Shown here: piece after piece, positions 51,713-61,970 of the stretch
How positions within the stretch are numbered: position 1 is the stretch's first letter
How the letters are laid out: each line of letters begins with the position of its first letter
Assembly: GCA_042408215.1 (NCBI GenBank)
Contig: JAYFMW010000017.1
Coordinates: 352,001 to 416,000, forward strand
From: Microcoleus sp.
GTDB taxonomy: Bacteria; Cyanobacteriota; Cyanobacteriia; Cyanobacteriales; Microcoleaceae
Length of the DNA stretch: 64,000 bases
Direction: 5' to 3'
The notes under the pieces: model-generated
What the model saw: only the letters and a program-made list of their open reading frames with translations
Database searches by the model: none
Told to the model about the DNA's origin: nothing
Made by a program: the position numbers and the translations under genes

Positions 51713-51737
51713 ATTTTAGAATTACTTACTTTAAAGA

Positions 51738-54700
51738 ATGCAACGTCCTATCCTCACCAAACTACGCTCAATCACTCGTTTAGAATTGACAAATTTAGAG
51801 GAGTGCAGCGAGGAATCTGTGTATGCTCCCGGTCATATTCAGCCTTCTGGAATCGTTCTTTTGCTGCAAGGAGCCGACCTCAAGATTTTACAGGTTAGTG
51901 AAAATGTAGAACAGTTTTTTGGTATTTCAGCAGAAGCATTGCTCGGTAAACCCTTGCAACGGTTATTTTCCAGTGCTCAAATCCAACCCATAGCGAACTA
52001 TCTGAACCAAAAGAACCTAGAAAACTATCATCCGTTCGAGATCAAAACACAACGGAGAGTTGGCCTGGTAGATCGGCATCGGAAAACTCAGACATTTAGA
52101 AGCAAACTGCATCGGACAGCAGAGGGAGCGCTCCTGGAACTAGAGCCCCAACTCGCCACCAACAAAACTCATGCAATCGACTTTTCTCATCGCCTGCAAG
52201 CTGCCATCGTCAAACTTCGCAGCTCCATCGGTCTTTCCGATTTAGCTCAAACACTAGCCAGAGAAGTGAAAGCCATGACCGGGTTCGATCGCGTCATGGT
52301 ATACCGCTTTGAAATCGACGATCATGGAGTAGTGATTGGAGAAGCAAAAGAAAGCCATTTAGAAAGCTATCTGGGATTGCATTATCCATCCATCGATATT
52401 CCGGGCCCCGCCCGCCAATTGTTTTACCGCAACTGGGTGCGCCAAATCCCCGATGTCAACTACACACCTGTCCGCCTAATTCCGATACACAATCCCCTAA
52501 CCGATACACCCCTGGACCTGAGTCCTTGTCTGTTCAGGGGTGTATCTCCCTACCACATCGCATATTTGCAGAACATGGGAATCGCCGGATCGCTGACGAT
52601 TTCATTAATTGACAATCAGCGCCTCTGGGGATTAATAGCTTGTCACCATCACAGCCCCCGATCGGTCGATTACGAAACCCGCAAAACCTGTGAATTCTTG
52701 GGACAAATTGCCTCCATCGAACTGGTGCATCAGCAAGAGCGAGAATTGAACGTTTACCGAAAGCAGGTGAAAACCATTCACGATCAACTTCAGGAGGCAT
52801 TCCAGGGAAAGTCGAATGCGATCGAACAGGTATTGACCCGAAATGCCTCTCAACTGCTAGATGTGGTGCATGGTCAGGGGGTAGCAATTCTGCTGGACGG
52901 TCATCTGACGTTGGTGGGTCAAACACCCTCGGAAGAGGAGGTTGGCGAGCTTGTGGAGTGGTTGGTGCAACACAACCAGGAACCAGTGTTTGCAACGGCT
53001 TCTCTCTCTGAGTTGTATCCCAGAGCAAAGCAATTCAAAGTTCGAGCTAGCGGTGTTTTGGCCATCTCAATCCGGCTGAACTATGCCAAACACAATTCCT
53101 ACCACATTCTTTGGTTCCGACCGGAACAAATTCAAACCGTAAACTGGGCTGGTAATCCCCTGGATGCCGTCGCGATCGACGAAATTGGAAAACTGCACCT
53201 CTGTCCCCGCAAATCCTTTGAAATCTGGAAAGAGACGGTGCGGGAAATGTCCTATCCTTGGCGGGTGGTGGAGTTAGAAGCAGCCACCGAAATGAGAAAC
53301 ATACTGATGCTGGCGGTGTTGGAGTTTTCACAAGCAGCCCTAGAACAGGCAGCAGAAAGGGCGCAGATTGCCAACCGTGCCAAAAGCCAGTTTCTTGGCA
53401 AGATGAGCCACGAACTGAGAACGCCACTCAACGCCATTCTGGGATTTACCCAGCTTATGAACCGCAGCACCCAGATCCCCAACGAATTTCAAGAGCATTT
53501 AGGCATTATTAGCCGTAGTGGAGAACACCTGCTGACATTGATTGAGGACGTTTTGGAGATGTCCAGAATTGAAGCTGGCCAATTGGTACTGACTCCAAGT
53601 TGTTTTGATTTACATCGGCTGCTTTTTTCTATTAACGATATATTCCTCCTCAAAGCTAATGAGAAAGGTTTGAATCTGAGCAGTGAGTGGAATGCTACTG
53701 TGCCGCGTTATGTCTGCGGTGATGAAGCCAAGCTTCGCCAAATTTTGATAAATCTGCTGGGGAATGCTGTCAAATTTACAACCACAGGCACGATCGCGCT
53801 GCGGACAAGAGCTGTTTCATCAGACGATCGGCGATTCGGAAATGGCGAACCCGAACCCACCATCCACAAACCCAGTTCAGCACCGCCTATTCCTGCATCC
53901 TCTAATCCACCCAATATCAAACCAACTATCACCTTGTATCTGGAAGTTGAGGATACCGGATGTGGCATTGCGCCCTCAGATTTAGAATCCATTTTTGAAG
54001 CTTTCATGCAAACCGATCGTGGTCGTCATGGACGAGGCACCGGTTTAGGACTGTCTATCAGTCGTCAGTTTGCTCGTCTGATGGGAGGCGAGATCACCGT
54101 GCGAAGCACCCTGCATCAAGGCTCGACTTTTACCTGCACACTTGTTTTAGATCTACCAGATTCCCTCGATGTAGAGGAACCATTAGCCGATCGCGCGATC
54201 GGGCTGGCACCTGGGCAACGGATCTACCGCATTTTAGTCGCAGAAGACGTTCCAGAAAATCGGCTACTGTTGGTGACACTGCTGGAGTCAGTTGGGTTTG
54301 AAGTCTGTGTGGTTGAAAATGGGGCTCTTGCGATCGCCCATTGGCAAGCATGGCATCCTGACCTGATTTTGATGGATATTCAAATGCCTGTAATGGATGG
54401 TTATGAAGCCACCAGACAGATTCGAGCGCTGGAGGCTGAAGGTAGAAAGGGGGCTAGGGGCGATCGAGAACAAAAGACATCGATAATTGCCCTGACTGCT
54501 TATGCATTTGAAGACGATCGCCAAGCCAGTCTGCAAGTCGGTTGCGATGACTGGATTGCCAAACCGTTTACTGAAGCCACACTTTTCGACAAAATCGCCC
54601 GTCACTTGGGAGTTCGCTACCGTTACGCCGAACAAATTCTCCTCAAGTCATCCCCTTTACCAACAAAGACCTTGATTCCAGAAGACTTGAAAATTATGCC

Positions 54701-54869
54701 GAGAGAGTGGATTGCACAAGTCCACGAAGCAGCACTCGCTCTGAACGATTCTCGAGTTTCTCAACTGATTGCTGAAATTCCCAAACAGCACCAATATCTG
54801 ATCGAGGAAATGACATCTCTGGTAGATAACTTTCAGCTTGAAATCATCGCAACTTTAACCCAGATTTAG
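51738..54869 (+). CDS. Bacteriophytochrome-type hybrid histidine kinase (PAS-GAF-PHY-HisKA-HATPase-REC)
   Basis: C..E...PGHIQP, GFDRVMVYRF, YLGLHYPSIDIP, SPYHIAYLQNMG, WFRPE..WAG..PRKSF, SHELRTPL and REC LMDIQMP. Confidence 0.93.
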   Translation: MQRPILTKLRSITRLELTNLEECSEESVYAPGHIQPSGIVLLLQGADLKILQVSENVEQFFGISAEALLGKPLQRLFSSAQIQPIANYLNQKNLENYHPFEIKTQRRVGLVDRHRKTQTFRSKLHRTAEGALLELEPQLATNKTHAIDFSHRLQAAIVKLRSSIGLSDLAQTLAREVKAMTGFDRVMVYRFEIDDHGVVIGEAKESHLESYLGLHYPSIDIPGPARQLFYRNWVRQIPDVNYTPVRLIPIHNPLTDTPLDLSPCLFRGVSPYHIAYLQNMGIAGSLTISLIDNQRLWGLIACHHHSPRSVDYETRKTCEFLGQIASIELVHQQERELNVYRKQVKTIHDQLQEAFQGKSNAIEQVLTRNASQLLDVVHGQGVAILLDGHLTLVGQTPSEEEVGELVEWLVQHNQEPVFATASLSELYPRAKQFKVRASGVLAISIRLNYAKHNSYHILWFRPEQIQTVNWAGNPLDAVAIDEIGKLHLCPRKSFEIWKETVREMSYPWRVVELEAATEMRNILMLAVLEFSQAALEQAAERAQIANRAKSQFLGKMSHELRTPLNAILGFTQLMNRSTQIPNEFQEHLGIISRSGEHLLTLIEDVLEMSRIEAGQLVLTPSCFDLHRLLFSINDIFLLKANEKGLNLSSEWNATVPRYVCGDEAKLRQILINLLGNAVKFTTTGTIALRTRAVSSDDRRFGNGEPEPTIHKPSSAPPIPASSNPPNIKPTITLYLEVEDTGCGIAPSDLESIFEAFMQTDRGRHGRGTGLGLSISRQFARLMGGEITVRSTLHQGSTFTCTLVLDLPDSLDVEEPLADRAIGLAPGQRIYRILVAEDVPENRLLLVTLLESVGFEVCVVENGALAIAHWQAWHPDLILMDIQMPVMDGYEATRQIRALEAEGRKGARGDREQKTSIIALTAYAFEDDRQASLQVGCDDWIAKPFTEATLFDKIARHLGVRYRYAEQILLKSSPLPTKTLIPEDLKIMPREWIAQVHEAALALNDSRVSQLIAEIPKQHQYLIEEMTSLVDNFQLEIIATLTQI

Positions 54870-54879
54870 AGATAAGACT

Positions 54880-55842
54880 ATGACTATTCCGATCAAACTT
54901 ACTGCCCAAACGAATATTCTGATCGTGGACGATACCCCAGACAATCTGCGGTTGTTGGCGAAAATCCTGGAATCACAGGGCTATACAGTCCGCAAGTCGC
55001 TGAATGGCAGAATGGCGATCGAGGGTGTTCGTCGCGAGCCACCGGATCTGATTTTACTTGACATCAATATGCCGGAGATGAATGGGTATGAGGTCTGCCA
55101 AAAGTTAAAAGGGTCCGTCGCAACTGCTCAGATTCCGATCATTTTTATCAGTGCGCTCGAACGACTGGAAGACAAGGTACGGGCGTTTGAATTGGGTGGT
55201 GTAGATTATATCACCAAACCCTTTCAAGAACAGGAAGTGCTGATCCGGGTCAAGAATCAATTACTCATCCAACAGCAACACCAACAACTGCTCGAACAAA
55301 ATCAACGTTTAGAACAAGAAATTCAGGAACGTCTCAAGGCTGAGGCTGAAGTAAGACAGCTATCACTAAGGGATGAATTAACTGGATTATATAATCGCCG
55401 AGGTTTTTTTTTACTGGCAGAGCAACAACTAAAAATTGCTCGACGCACCCAAACATCCTACAGTCTTTTGTTCGCTGACTTAGATGGTTTGAAGAAGATT
55501 AACGACACTTTAGGACACGAAATGGGAGACAGAGTGATTGTTGACGCTGCTCAAATACTGAATAAAACTTTTCGTGATGCGGATATTATAGCTCGACTGG
55601 GAGGAGATGAATTTGTTTTATTTCTACCTATTTGTTCCAAGAATTCGGATGAGTTGTATCTGCGACTTGAAAATAATATCAATTGCTTAAATAAACAACC
55701 AGAGCGAGCCTATATACTATCGATAAGTCTAGGCGTGCGGCCAGGGGATTTGAATAATGACTTTTCATTAGAGCAACTGGTAGCACAGGCTGACAAACTC
55801 ATGTACGAAAATAAACGCACCAAACGCTGTTTAAATCGTTAA
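54880..55842 (+). CDS. Response-regulator diguanylate cyclase (REC-GGDEF)
   Basis: REC LLDINMP; DELTGLYNRR; RDAD I-site; RLGGDEF active site. Confidence 0.93.
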   Translation: MTIPIKLTAQTNILIVDDTPDNLRLLAKILESQGYTVRKSLNGRMAIEGVRREPPDLILLDINMPEMNGYEVCQKLKGSVATAQIPIIFISALERLEDKVRAFELGGVDYITKPFQEQEVLIRVKNQLLIQQQHQQLLEQNQRLEQEIQERLKAEAEVRQLSLRDELTGLYNRRGFFLLAEQQLKIARRTQTSYSLLFADLDGLKKINDTLGHEMGDRVIVDAAQILNKTFRDADIIARLGGDEFVLFLPICSKNSDELYLRLENNINCLNKQPERAYILSISLGVRPGDLNNDFSLEQLVAQADKLMYENKRTKRCLNR

Positions 55843-55899
55843 CCCCTTCTTGGGGTAAGTAAATCAACTTAATTAAACGTAAAATGCGATCGCGATTAT

Positions 55900-55930
55900 A
55901 GTCCCGCAGCACTTAAAGTGCTGCGGGACT
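55900..55930. terminator. Strong hairpin after the cyclase (terminator or dispersed palindrome)
   Basis: agtcccgcagcactt-a-aagtgctgcgggact perfect stem. Confidence 0.5.
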
Positions 55931-56322
55931 CTGGGTGTTCTGTTTTTTGAGCTTGGTGTACTTGCACTACGAATACAGTAATCGCAGACGCAAAGCTGTC
56001 AAACCTATTGCTCCAGATCGTTAAAAAGTAGTGAGACGACGTAAAGATTTTCAGTACCGATTGGTGGTGTTAGCCAGCAGCGGGATCGCGTCACTGTCTG
56101 GAGTCGTCACGCAATTCTGATTAAGAACTCTAAGATGTTGAAGGCTGGAATCGGGGTGAAGTTTTGTGGTTCGATCGCACTAAGGTGATTAACTTAAGGG
56201 TACTTTGAGGCAAGTAAGTGACGATTTCCATGTGCGAGTTTACCGAACTTGTTTCAGTGCGGTCGGAACACCCACGCTCTGAGGTAGAATGTTCAGCAAG
56301 TGGCACAAGAATTGAGTCAATC

Positions 56323-56363
56323 GATGTGAGATGTGAGATGTGAGATGTGAGATGTGAGATGTG
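56323..56363. repeat. GATGTGA heptamer tandem repeat
   Basis: gatgtga repeated about six times. Confidence 0.85.
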
Positions 56364-56607
56364 ACCCCATCTGATCCTTCCCTCGGCTGAGGATGGGAAG
56401 GAATAAATCCGTCCTTAGCCAATTCCCAATCCCCAATCCCCGATTACCAATTACCCATTACCAATTACCGATGAAATTTATCTATTTATGCCTAAAGGCA
56501 GAGCAACCATCTAATTCAAAAGAATGATGTATCAGCCCAAAAATATGTGTTAGGCTGGTGAGGATTGATATAACAAAAACACTTAACGTTAAGGGAAAAG
56601 CAAAAAA

Positions 56608-57006
56608 ATGGACGCATACACAGAAAGGCAACAAGAAAAAGTCGGCGAAAGAGAAATCGAATCAATACCTGTAGGTACACAAGTTTCGGCACAAAAAGTT
56701 AGTGGGGTTGAAGTTGAAGTGGCTGATGGAGAAAATCCTGTTGCTCCTCAAGACAAAATCAGTGTTGAGGAGTTGAAGATTAACGGCGACGATTTGGTTG
56801 CTAAGGTTAAAGAACTGATTCACGAAGGTAATATCCGCCGGATAATTCTCAAAAATGAAGAGGGAAGAATACTGATAGAAGTGCCTCTAACGGTGGGAGT
56901 AGTCGGGGGAGTCATCGGTGCGGCATTGTTTCCAGTCATTGCAGCAGTAGGAGCGATCGGCGCCTTGGTTACTCATATGACGTTAATTATTGAGAGAAAA
57001 GATTGA
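56608..57006 (+). CDS. DUF4342 domain protein
   Basis: LVAKVKELIHEGNIRRII.K....LIEVPLTVG plus a Gly-rich TM segment. Confidence 0.85.
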   Translation: MDAYTERQQEKVGEREIESIPVGTQVSAQKVSGVEVEVADGENPVAPQDKISVEELKINGDDLVAKVKELIHEGNIRRIILKNEEGRILIEVPLTVGVVGGVIGAALFPVIAAVGAIGALVTHMTLIIERKD

Positions 57007-57281
57007 TTGAGGAAATCAATTAGTCCTGGACGCACAGACTATACAGCGGAAACCGCTGTTATGAGGTACGCCCACTTATCGTTCAATCCTCCTAGGGACA
57101 AGGCTCTTGGAGTGTTCCTACCGTGTTTCATAACAGCGGGAACTGCTATATTTGTAGGGTGTGCAGTGTGCACCTTACCCCTACCAATAGCGGAGCGAAT
57201 CATTTAGATCCCCGACTTCTTAAAGAAGTCGGGGATCTTGGTATTGTAAAACTTGATTCTTCCTTGCTTCGGCTACACCTC

Positions 57282-58667
57282 CTAAGAAAGCGCCTTGTGA
57301 GCTAATTTAACTTGCCCTAAAGCTGTCTTTCTACTCTCAAAAAGTTTCATAACTCCTGTGGAGATAGTCTCAACAACATCGGGGTCGCAGTAGGATAGAA
57401 AGTCTTCGGAGGAAAGATGACTTGCAAAAAACTCTTTAGCTTTGTTCAAAAATTTTTCTGTTTCAGCAAAGCCGATAGATTTGATAATAAACGTAGAAAC
57501 GGGGGAGTTTTTAATATCATAGGGCGATTCTTGATTGCGTCCTATTTCTAGCAGATCTAACACTTCTTTTTGCAACTGACTGTCTAGAGGATAAGCGCTC
57601 TGTTTGTCGGGCAAGTAATCTTCCAAAACCGATGTTTTAAATCCTGGTACGCGCAATTCTCCCATCATAGTTGAGAGGGGAATATCGCGCCCTAAGCGGT
57701 GGGCAAGAGCTTCCAAAATGGCGATCGTAATCAGCTTTACGCCTAAATAAAGTTTGGCGACTGCGAGATTTTTTCGAGTTAGGGCAATCAGGTTAGTGTA
57801 GGTTTCATCGTCGGGTTCTTGCATAAACTGCTGGAAAACCTGTTCGGGTTTGAGGAAATTCAAAAATCCTTCCATCTTTTGCAGAGATCTGCGATATCCG
57901 CCCACAGTATAAGAATTGACATTGCTCAATTCGTGGTTGGTTTCTGGCATCAAATTCCAGGTATTGTCTAAGAAATTCGAGGAATTTGGAGAGGCAAAAT
58001 TCTCGACGTCTCTATTTGCTAATCTGACAGCTCGCTTGACAATTTCTGCGGTTTCGGCATCAGTCCATCCCAAATTAAAATCACGATTCACACTGACCAA
58101 ACGCAGGTGCAAAAGTTCGATCGCTCTTAAACCGCTGGCCGAAACCCCACGAAAAGGAATAGTAGCTTCGATGCAAGCTGCTATCTGAGCGATCGTACTA
58201 GCTGGTAAGAAAGGTTCCAAAGATTTCCCTGCAATAATGGCGCTCAAAAATTCGTTTTGGCCGGCAAAGGGAGAAAGAATTTGACCGGGAACAAACCCAA
58301 ATACTGAGGCCACGAGTTGATACATGGCATCCTTGGGGAGTTCGGCTTCATCTCTAATCACTAACTGCGATCGCACCTCTTTGACAAAAGGACAAAGGGC
58401 GCTGCTAATATTGAAACCGACACCCTGATCGACTTGCACGTACACCAGGTCGTGAAATAGCGCAGCCAATACTTCGATCGGATCGACGGACCCCCCAACC
58501 TCAAAAATGTGTTCCGACGTGTGAAAATAGCGCCAGGGCCCCCTCATAGTTTGAATGATTAGCTCGGCGATTTGTTCTAACTTGGCAATTTCTACTCGAC
58601 CGCCTAATTGCTCGATCGAGCTGACCAAGCAATCCAAGCACCGTTTTTGTTCTCCGAAAAGCTCCAT
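57282..58667 (-). CDS. Conserved hypothetical protein with HD-like motif
   Basis: Long ORF with RYFHT..H, LAALFHDLVY, IEATIPF and LANRDV. Confidence 0.75.
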   Translation of the reverse strand: MELFGEQKRCLDCLVSSIEQLGGRVEIAKLEQIAELIIQTMRGPWRYFHTSEHIFEVGGSVDPIEVLAALFHDLVYVQVDQGVGFNISSALCPFVKEVRSQLVIRDEAELPKDAMYQLVASVFGFVPGQILSPFAGQNEFLSAIIAGKSLEPFLPASTIAQIAACIEATIPFRGVSASGLRAIELLHLRLVSVNRDFNLGWTDAETAEIVKRAVRLANRDVENFASPNSSNFLDNTWNLMPETNHELSNVNSYTVGGYRRSLQKMEGFLNFLKPEQVFQQFMQEPDDETYTNLIALTRKNLAVAKLYLGVKLITIAILEALAHRLGRDIPLSTMMGELRVPGFKTSVLEDYLPDKQSAYPLDSQLQKEVLDLLEIGRNQESPYDIKNSPVSTFIIKSIGFAETEKFLNKAKEFFASHLSSEDFLSYCDPDVVETISTGVMKLFESRKTALGQVKLAHKALS

Positions 58668-59089
58668 TTACGCACCTCCAGTGCATTCCCTGATTCCTGC
58701 GCTTGATTGCATGGTATCAAAACCCGTTGCGATCGTGCCATTATTCGTTACTCAAAAATTGCAAATTTTAGGGTGAAAGAGGGTGAGGGGGGGGAGGGGG
58801 AGAGAGGGAGAGGGAGGAAGAGGGAGATCGGGAAATTAAATATTAAAAATTTTGCATTTGTGGAGATTCGCGGAACTTGGGCGATCGGTATCTTGAATTA
58901 CAGTAAAGCTGACAAAAAGTTGGCAGAAATCCCCCGCGCTTTCCTCTGTCCCTTTCCCCCGATCCCCCTCTTCCCGATCGCGAACCGCAACCCCATTCAA
59001 TAAATCAATTTTCAGCTTTTAGAGAGATGTAAAAACTCGATCGCTCGTCGCAATATTAACTAGGAACTCAACTATTTGGGAGAAGTGGC

Positions 59090-60691
59090 GTGAAATTCGT
59101 TTCCGACCCGCCAATTTCGGTCAAAATCCGCAAGATGAACGAGCGAGTACGGTGGCAAGAAAAGTCGATCGCCGATCGGGCAATCGACCAAACTAAGATT
59201 ATTTTAGACGATCGAGTTCCAGACGATCGAGAATTTTCGTTTTTAGTCGCAGGCGACAGCGGCAGCGGCAACCACCGGGGCCACAACCCCCAGCGCCAAG
59301 TCGCCGAACTGATGCTGCGAGAGCGTAAAAGTTGCCGTTTTGTCCTGCACACAGGCGATGTAGTGTATCTAGTCGGTTCCAGCGAATATTATTTGCAAAA
59401 CTTTATTCGCCCCTACCGAGAGTTTCTAGTCGGTGGCGAAGAGCCGTCTCGGATTGGATACGATCGCATGGTATTCAATTTTCCCTTCCTACCGGTACCG
59501 GGAAATCACGACTACTACGACTTGCCACTTTTCTACGGGATTCTCTCCGCTACCGCACAGCCACTGCGTCGCCTGTTAGGTTCAAAGTTGGATCTAGATG
59601 TGGGCTGGCACGGTTCCTTTCGAGGAAATGCCTATGCTAAAGCCTTTCTGGACTACCTGCAAGCTCACAAATTGCCGGGAGAGCTCGATCGACACCTAGA
59701 CACCCACTACACAGCTCACACCAGCACAGGCCGCTGCTTGCGCTACCAACCAGGACACTTTACCCGCTTACCCAACCGTTACTACAGTTTCCGCAGTGGC
59801 GGAATTGACTTCTTTGCTCTGGATTCCAACACCTTTAACGAACCTTTACCACTCCCAAAAACCTCTGAGGGCGACATTCACCGCCGGAATTTGGAACAAC
59901 AAAGGCAGAAGTTGGAGGAAGAAAAATTGGAAATGCTCGAAATGTCCGATCGTCTGAACCCGGAAATTTCCTCCGAAGCCGAACAGCTAGACGACTTGCG
60001 CGCCAAATTAGAGCAAGTTGATGAAATCCTGATGGACATTGATAAGCAACTGTCGCCGGACAAAACCGTCGCCACCGACTTGGAACAGCTCGAATGGCTG
60101 AAACTCAGCTTGATTGCATCTTGGGCTGATTCTGAGGTGCGGGGACGGGTAATTTACCTGCACCATCCCCCCTACGTGACTGAGGGGACAAAGTGGAATC
60201 AAGCTCAAACTTTGGCGGTTCGGTGGCATTTGCGCGAGGTTTTCGATGGGGCGGCGCGGGAAATTGGGGATGGGTTGCGGGGGCGGGCGATCGTCGATTT
60301 AGTGCTGACGGGCCACGCTCACTGTCTGGAATACCTGCGGACTGGGGATACGGGACACGCTGATTCTCACATTAATTGGATGATCTGTGGGGGAAGCGGC
60401 CACAGTCTCCGTCGCCAGCGCCCGGAAGGGCCGGTGTTGGAGGAAGTATCGAGTCCTGAAGCCGATCGGTTGGGGCGCGAGTCTGGTTCCGAAACAGCCA
60501 GCCGGCGGGTAGCGGAATCTTTGCTATATGTGGGCCGCAGCGGCCAAGGTTCCCACAAACGCCGTCCTTATTCGTGTTTGCGGATTGATGTTCTCGACGG
60601 GTGTCCCCCGAAGTTCCGAATCCGACCTTTGATTGTCGAACGATTTGAGGGGAAATGGCTGGATATCTCGATCGAACCTTTTGTAATTTAG
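59090..60691 (+). CDS. Calcineurin-like metallophosphoesterase
   Basis: GDSG, HTGDVVY, PGNHDY, HHPPY and GHAH motifs; internal coiled coil. Confidence 0.9.
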   Translation: MKFVSDPPISVKIRKMNERVRWQEKSIADRAIDQTKIILDDRVPDDREFSFLVAGDSGSGNHRGHNPQRQVAELMLRERKSCRFVLHTGDVVYLVGSSEYYLQNFIRPYREFLVGGEEPSRIGYDRMVFNFPFLPVPGNHDYYDLPLFYGILSATAQPLRRLLGSKLDLDVGWHGSFRGNAYAKAFLDYLQAHKLPGELDRHLDTHYTAHTSTGRCLRYQPGHFTRLPNRYYSFRSGGIDFFALDSNTFNEPLPLPKTSEGDIHRRNLEQQRQKLEEEKLEMLEMSDRLNPEISSEAEQLDDLRAKLEQVDEILMDIDKQLSPDKTVATDLEQLEWLKLSLIASWADSEVRGRVIYLHHPPYVTEGTKWNQAQTLAVRWHLREVFDGAAREIGDGLRGRAIVDLVLTGHAHCLEYLRTGDTGHADSHINWMICGGSGHSLRRQRPEGPVLEEVSSPEADRLGRESGSETASRRVAESLLYVGRSGQGSHKRRPYSCLRIDVLDGCPPKFRIRPLIVERFEGKWLDISIEPFVI

Positions 60692-60718
60692 CATTAGTGT
60701 AGCTTGTAGTCGAGTTTC

Positions 60719-60817
60719 GATCCCCCTCGCATCCCCCTTAAAAAGCGAGTAGGGTGTGAGTAGGGTTGACTTTCACCCCCCCTGTCCCCCCCTTATTAAG
60801 GGGGGTTAGGGGGGATC
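60719..60817. repeat. GATCCCCC palindromic repeat
   Basis: gatccccctcgcatcccccttaa...ccccttattaaggggggttaggggggatc. Confidence 0.8.
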
Positions 60818-60894
60818 TCCGGCTCAAAAAAACACGCCATCTTAGAGATTTTCCCTCCTATAAAGCAATGACCAATTACCATTACGAATGACTT

Positions 60895-61854
60895 ATGAAA
60901 CGTTCTGCTTGCCTAATTTTCAATCCGGCTGCTGGTCAAAGCGATCCAGAGCAAGATTTAGCTCAAATTCGGGGACTTTTAGAACCTACTATTGACTTAG
61001 ACATTCGGATGACAACACCTGAATTAGATGGAGCCCAAATCGCCCTAGAAGAGGTTTCTAGAGGAGTTGAGGCAATTATTGCTTCCGGCGGTGACGGCAC
61101 TTTATCAGCCGTTGCTGGTGCGATTGTCGGCACAAATATTCCCTTGGGAATTATTTCGCGAGGAACTGCGAATGCTTTTGCGAATGCTTTAGATCTTCCG
61201 AATACAATTGAAATGGCCTGCGCCACGATTTTGTCCGGGCTAACGCGGGTGGTGGATGCGGGTATTTGCAATGGAAAACTGCCGATGGTTTTGTTGGCTG
61301 GTGTTGGCTTTGAGGCGGAAACTGTCGAAATGGCCGATCGCGAAATGAAAAATCGCTGGGGAATGTTGGCTTATGTGTTGTCGGGAATTAAACAGTTAAA
61401 TAATTTAGAAAGGTTTGAAGCGGAAATCGAAACAGAAGATAAAATTGTCACCGTTACTGCTGTGGCCGTAACGGTGGCGAATGCAGCGCCGCCTACTTCG
61501 ATTTTAGCTCAAGGGCCGGCGGGGATTATTTTTGATGATGGTTTGCTGGATATTACTTTGGTTGCACCAGAGAATAAAGCTGGGGCGATCGCAGCTTCTT
61601 ATCACCTATTGCAAACTGCTTTGAGTGGAAATGCTACCGATCGCGATGACATCGGTTATATGCGAGCCAAAAAGGTGAAAATTACTACCGATCCACCTCA
61701 AAAAGTTGTTTTAGATGGGGAAATTATCGGCATGACACCGCTGTCGATCGAGTGTATACAGGGGGGGTTAACTGTGTTTGTACCGCGAGTAGAAGAGCCA
61801 CCTATAACGGAAAAACTTACGGGTTTATCTGATATCAAAGTTGTTTTTAAGTAA
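60895..61854 (+). CDS. YegS/Rv2252/BmrU family lipid kinase
   Basis: LIFNPAAG, ASGGDGT, RGTANAFA, DDGLLD and LDGE. Confidence 0.93.
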   Translation: MKRSACLIFNPAAGQSDPEQDLAQIRGLLEPTIDLDIRMTTPELDGAQIALEEVSRGVEAIIASGGDGTLSAVAGAIVGTNIPLGIISRGTANAFANALDLPNTIEMACATILSGLTRVVDAGICNGKLPMVLLAGVGFEAETVEMADREMKNRWGMLAYVLSGIKQLNNLERFEAEIETEDKIVTVTAVAVTVANAAPPTSILAQGPAGIIFDDGLLDITLVAPENKAGAIAASYHLLQTALSGNATDRDDIGYMRAKKVKITTDPPQKVVLDGEIIGMTPLSIECIQGGLTVFVPRVEEPPITEKLTGLSDIKVVFK

Positions 61855-61970
61855 TCCATTCCGGCCCATAGAAACCGCGTCTATACAAACAAAGTCCGCC
61901 TGGACTGGGAGGATAGAGAAGATTAATTAGCTTGATTTGGGAGCGATACCGCAGGGGCGGTCAGGCTTTT

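Noticed and set aside
55975..56010. c-di-GMP-I riboswitch (gacgcaaagc core) downstream of the cyclase
   Set aside because: The upstream GGYAAAC/GNRA stem and the downstream receptor stem are missing; a 10-nt match alone is not enough.
58707..59003. ORF between the divergent HD-like and phosphoesterase genes
   Set aside because: Low-complexity purine/pyrimidine tracts in a divergent promoter region.
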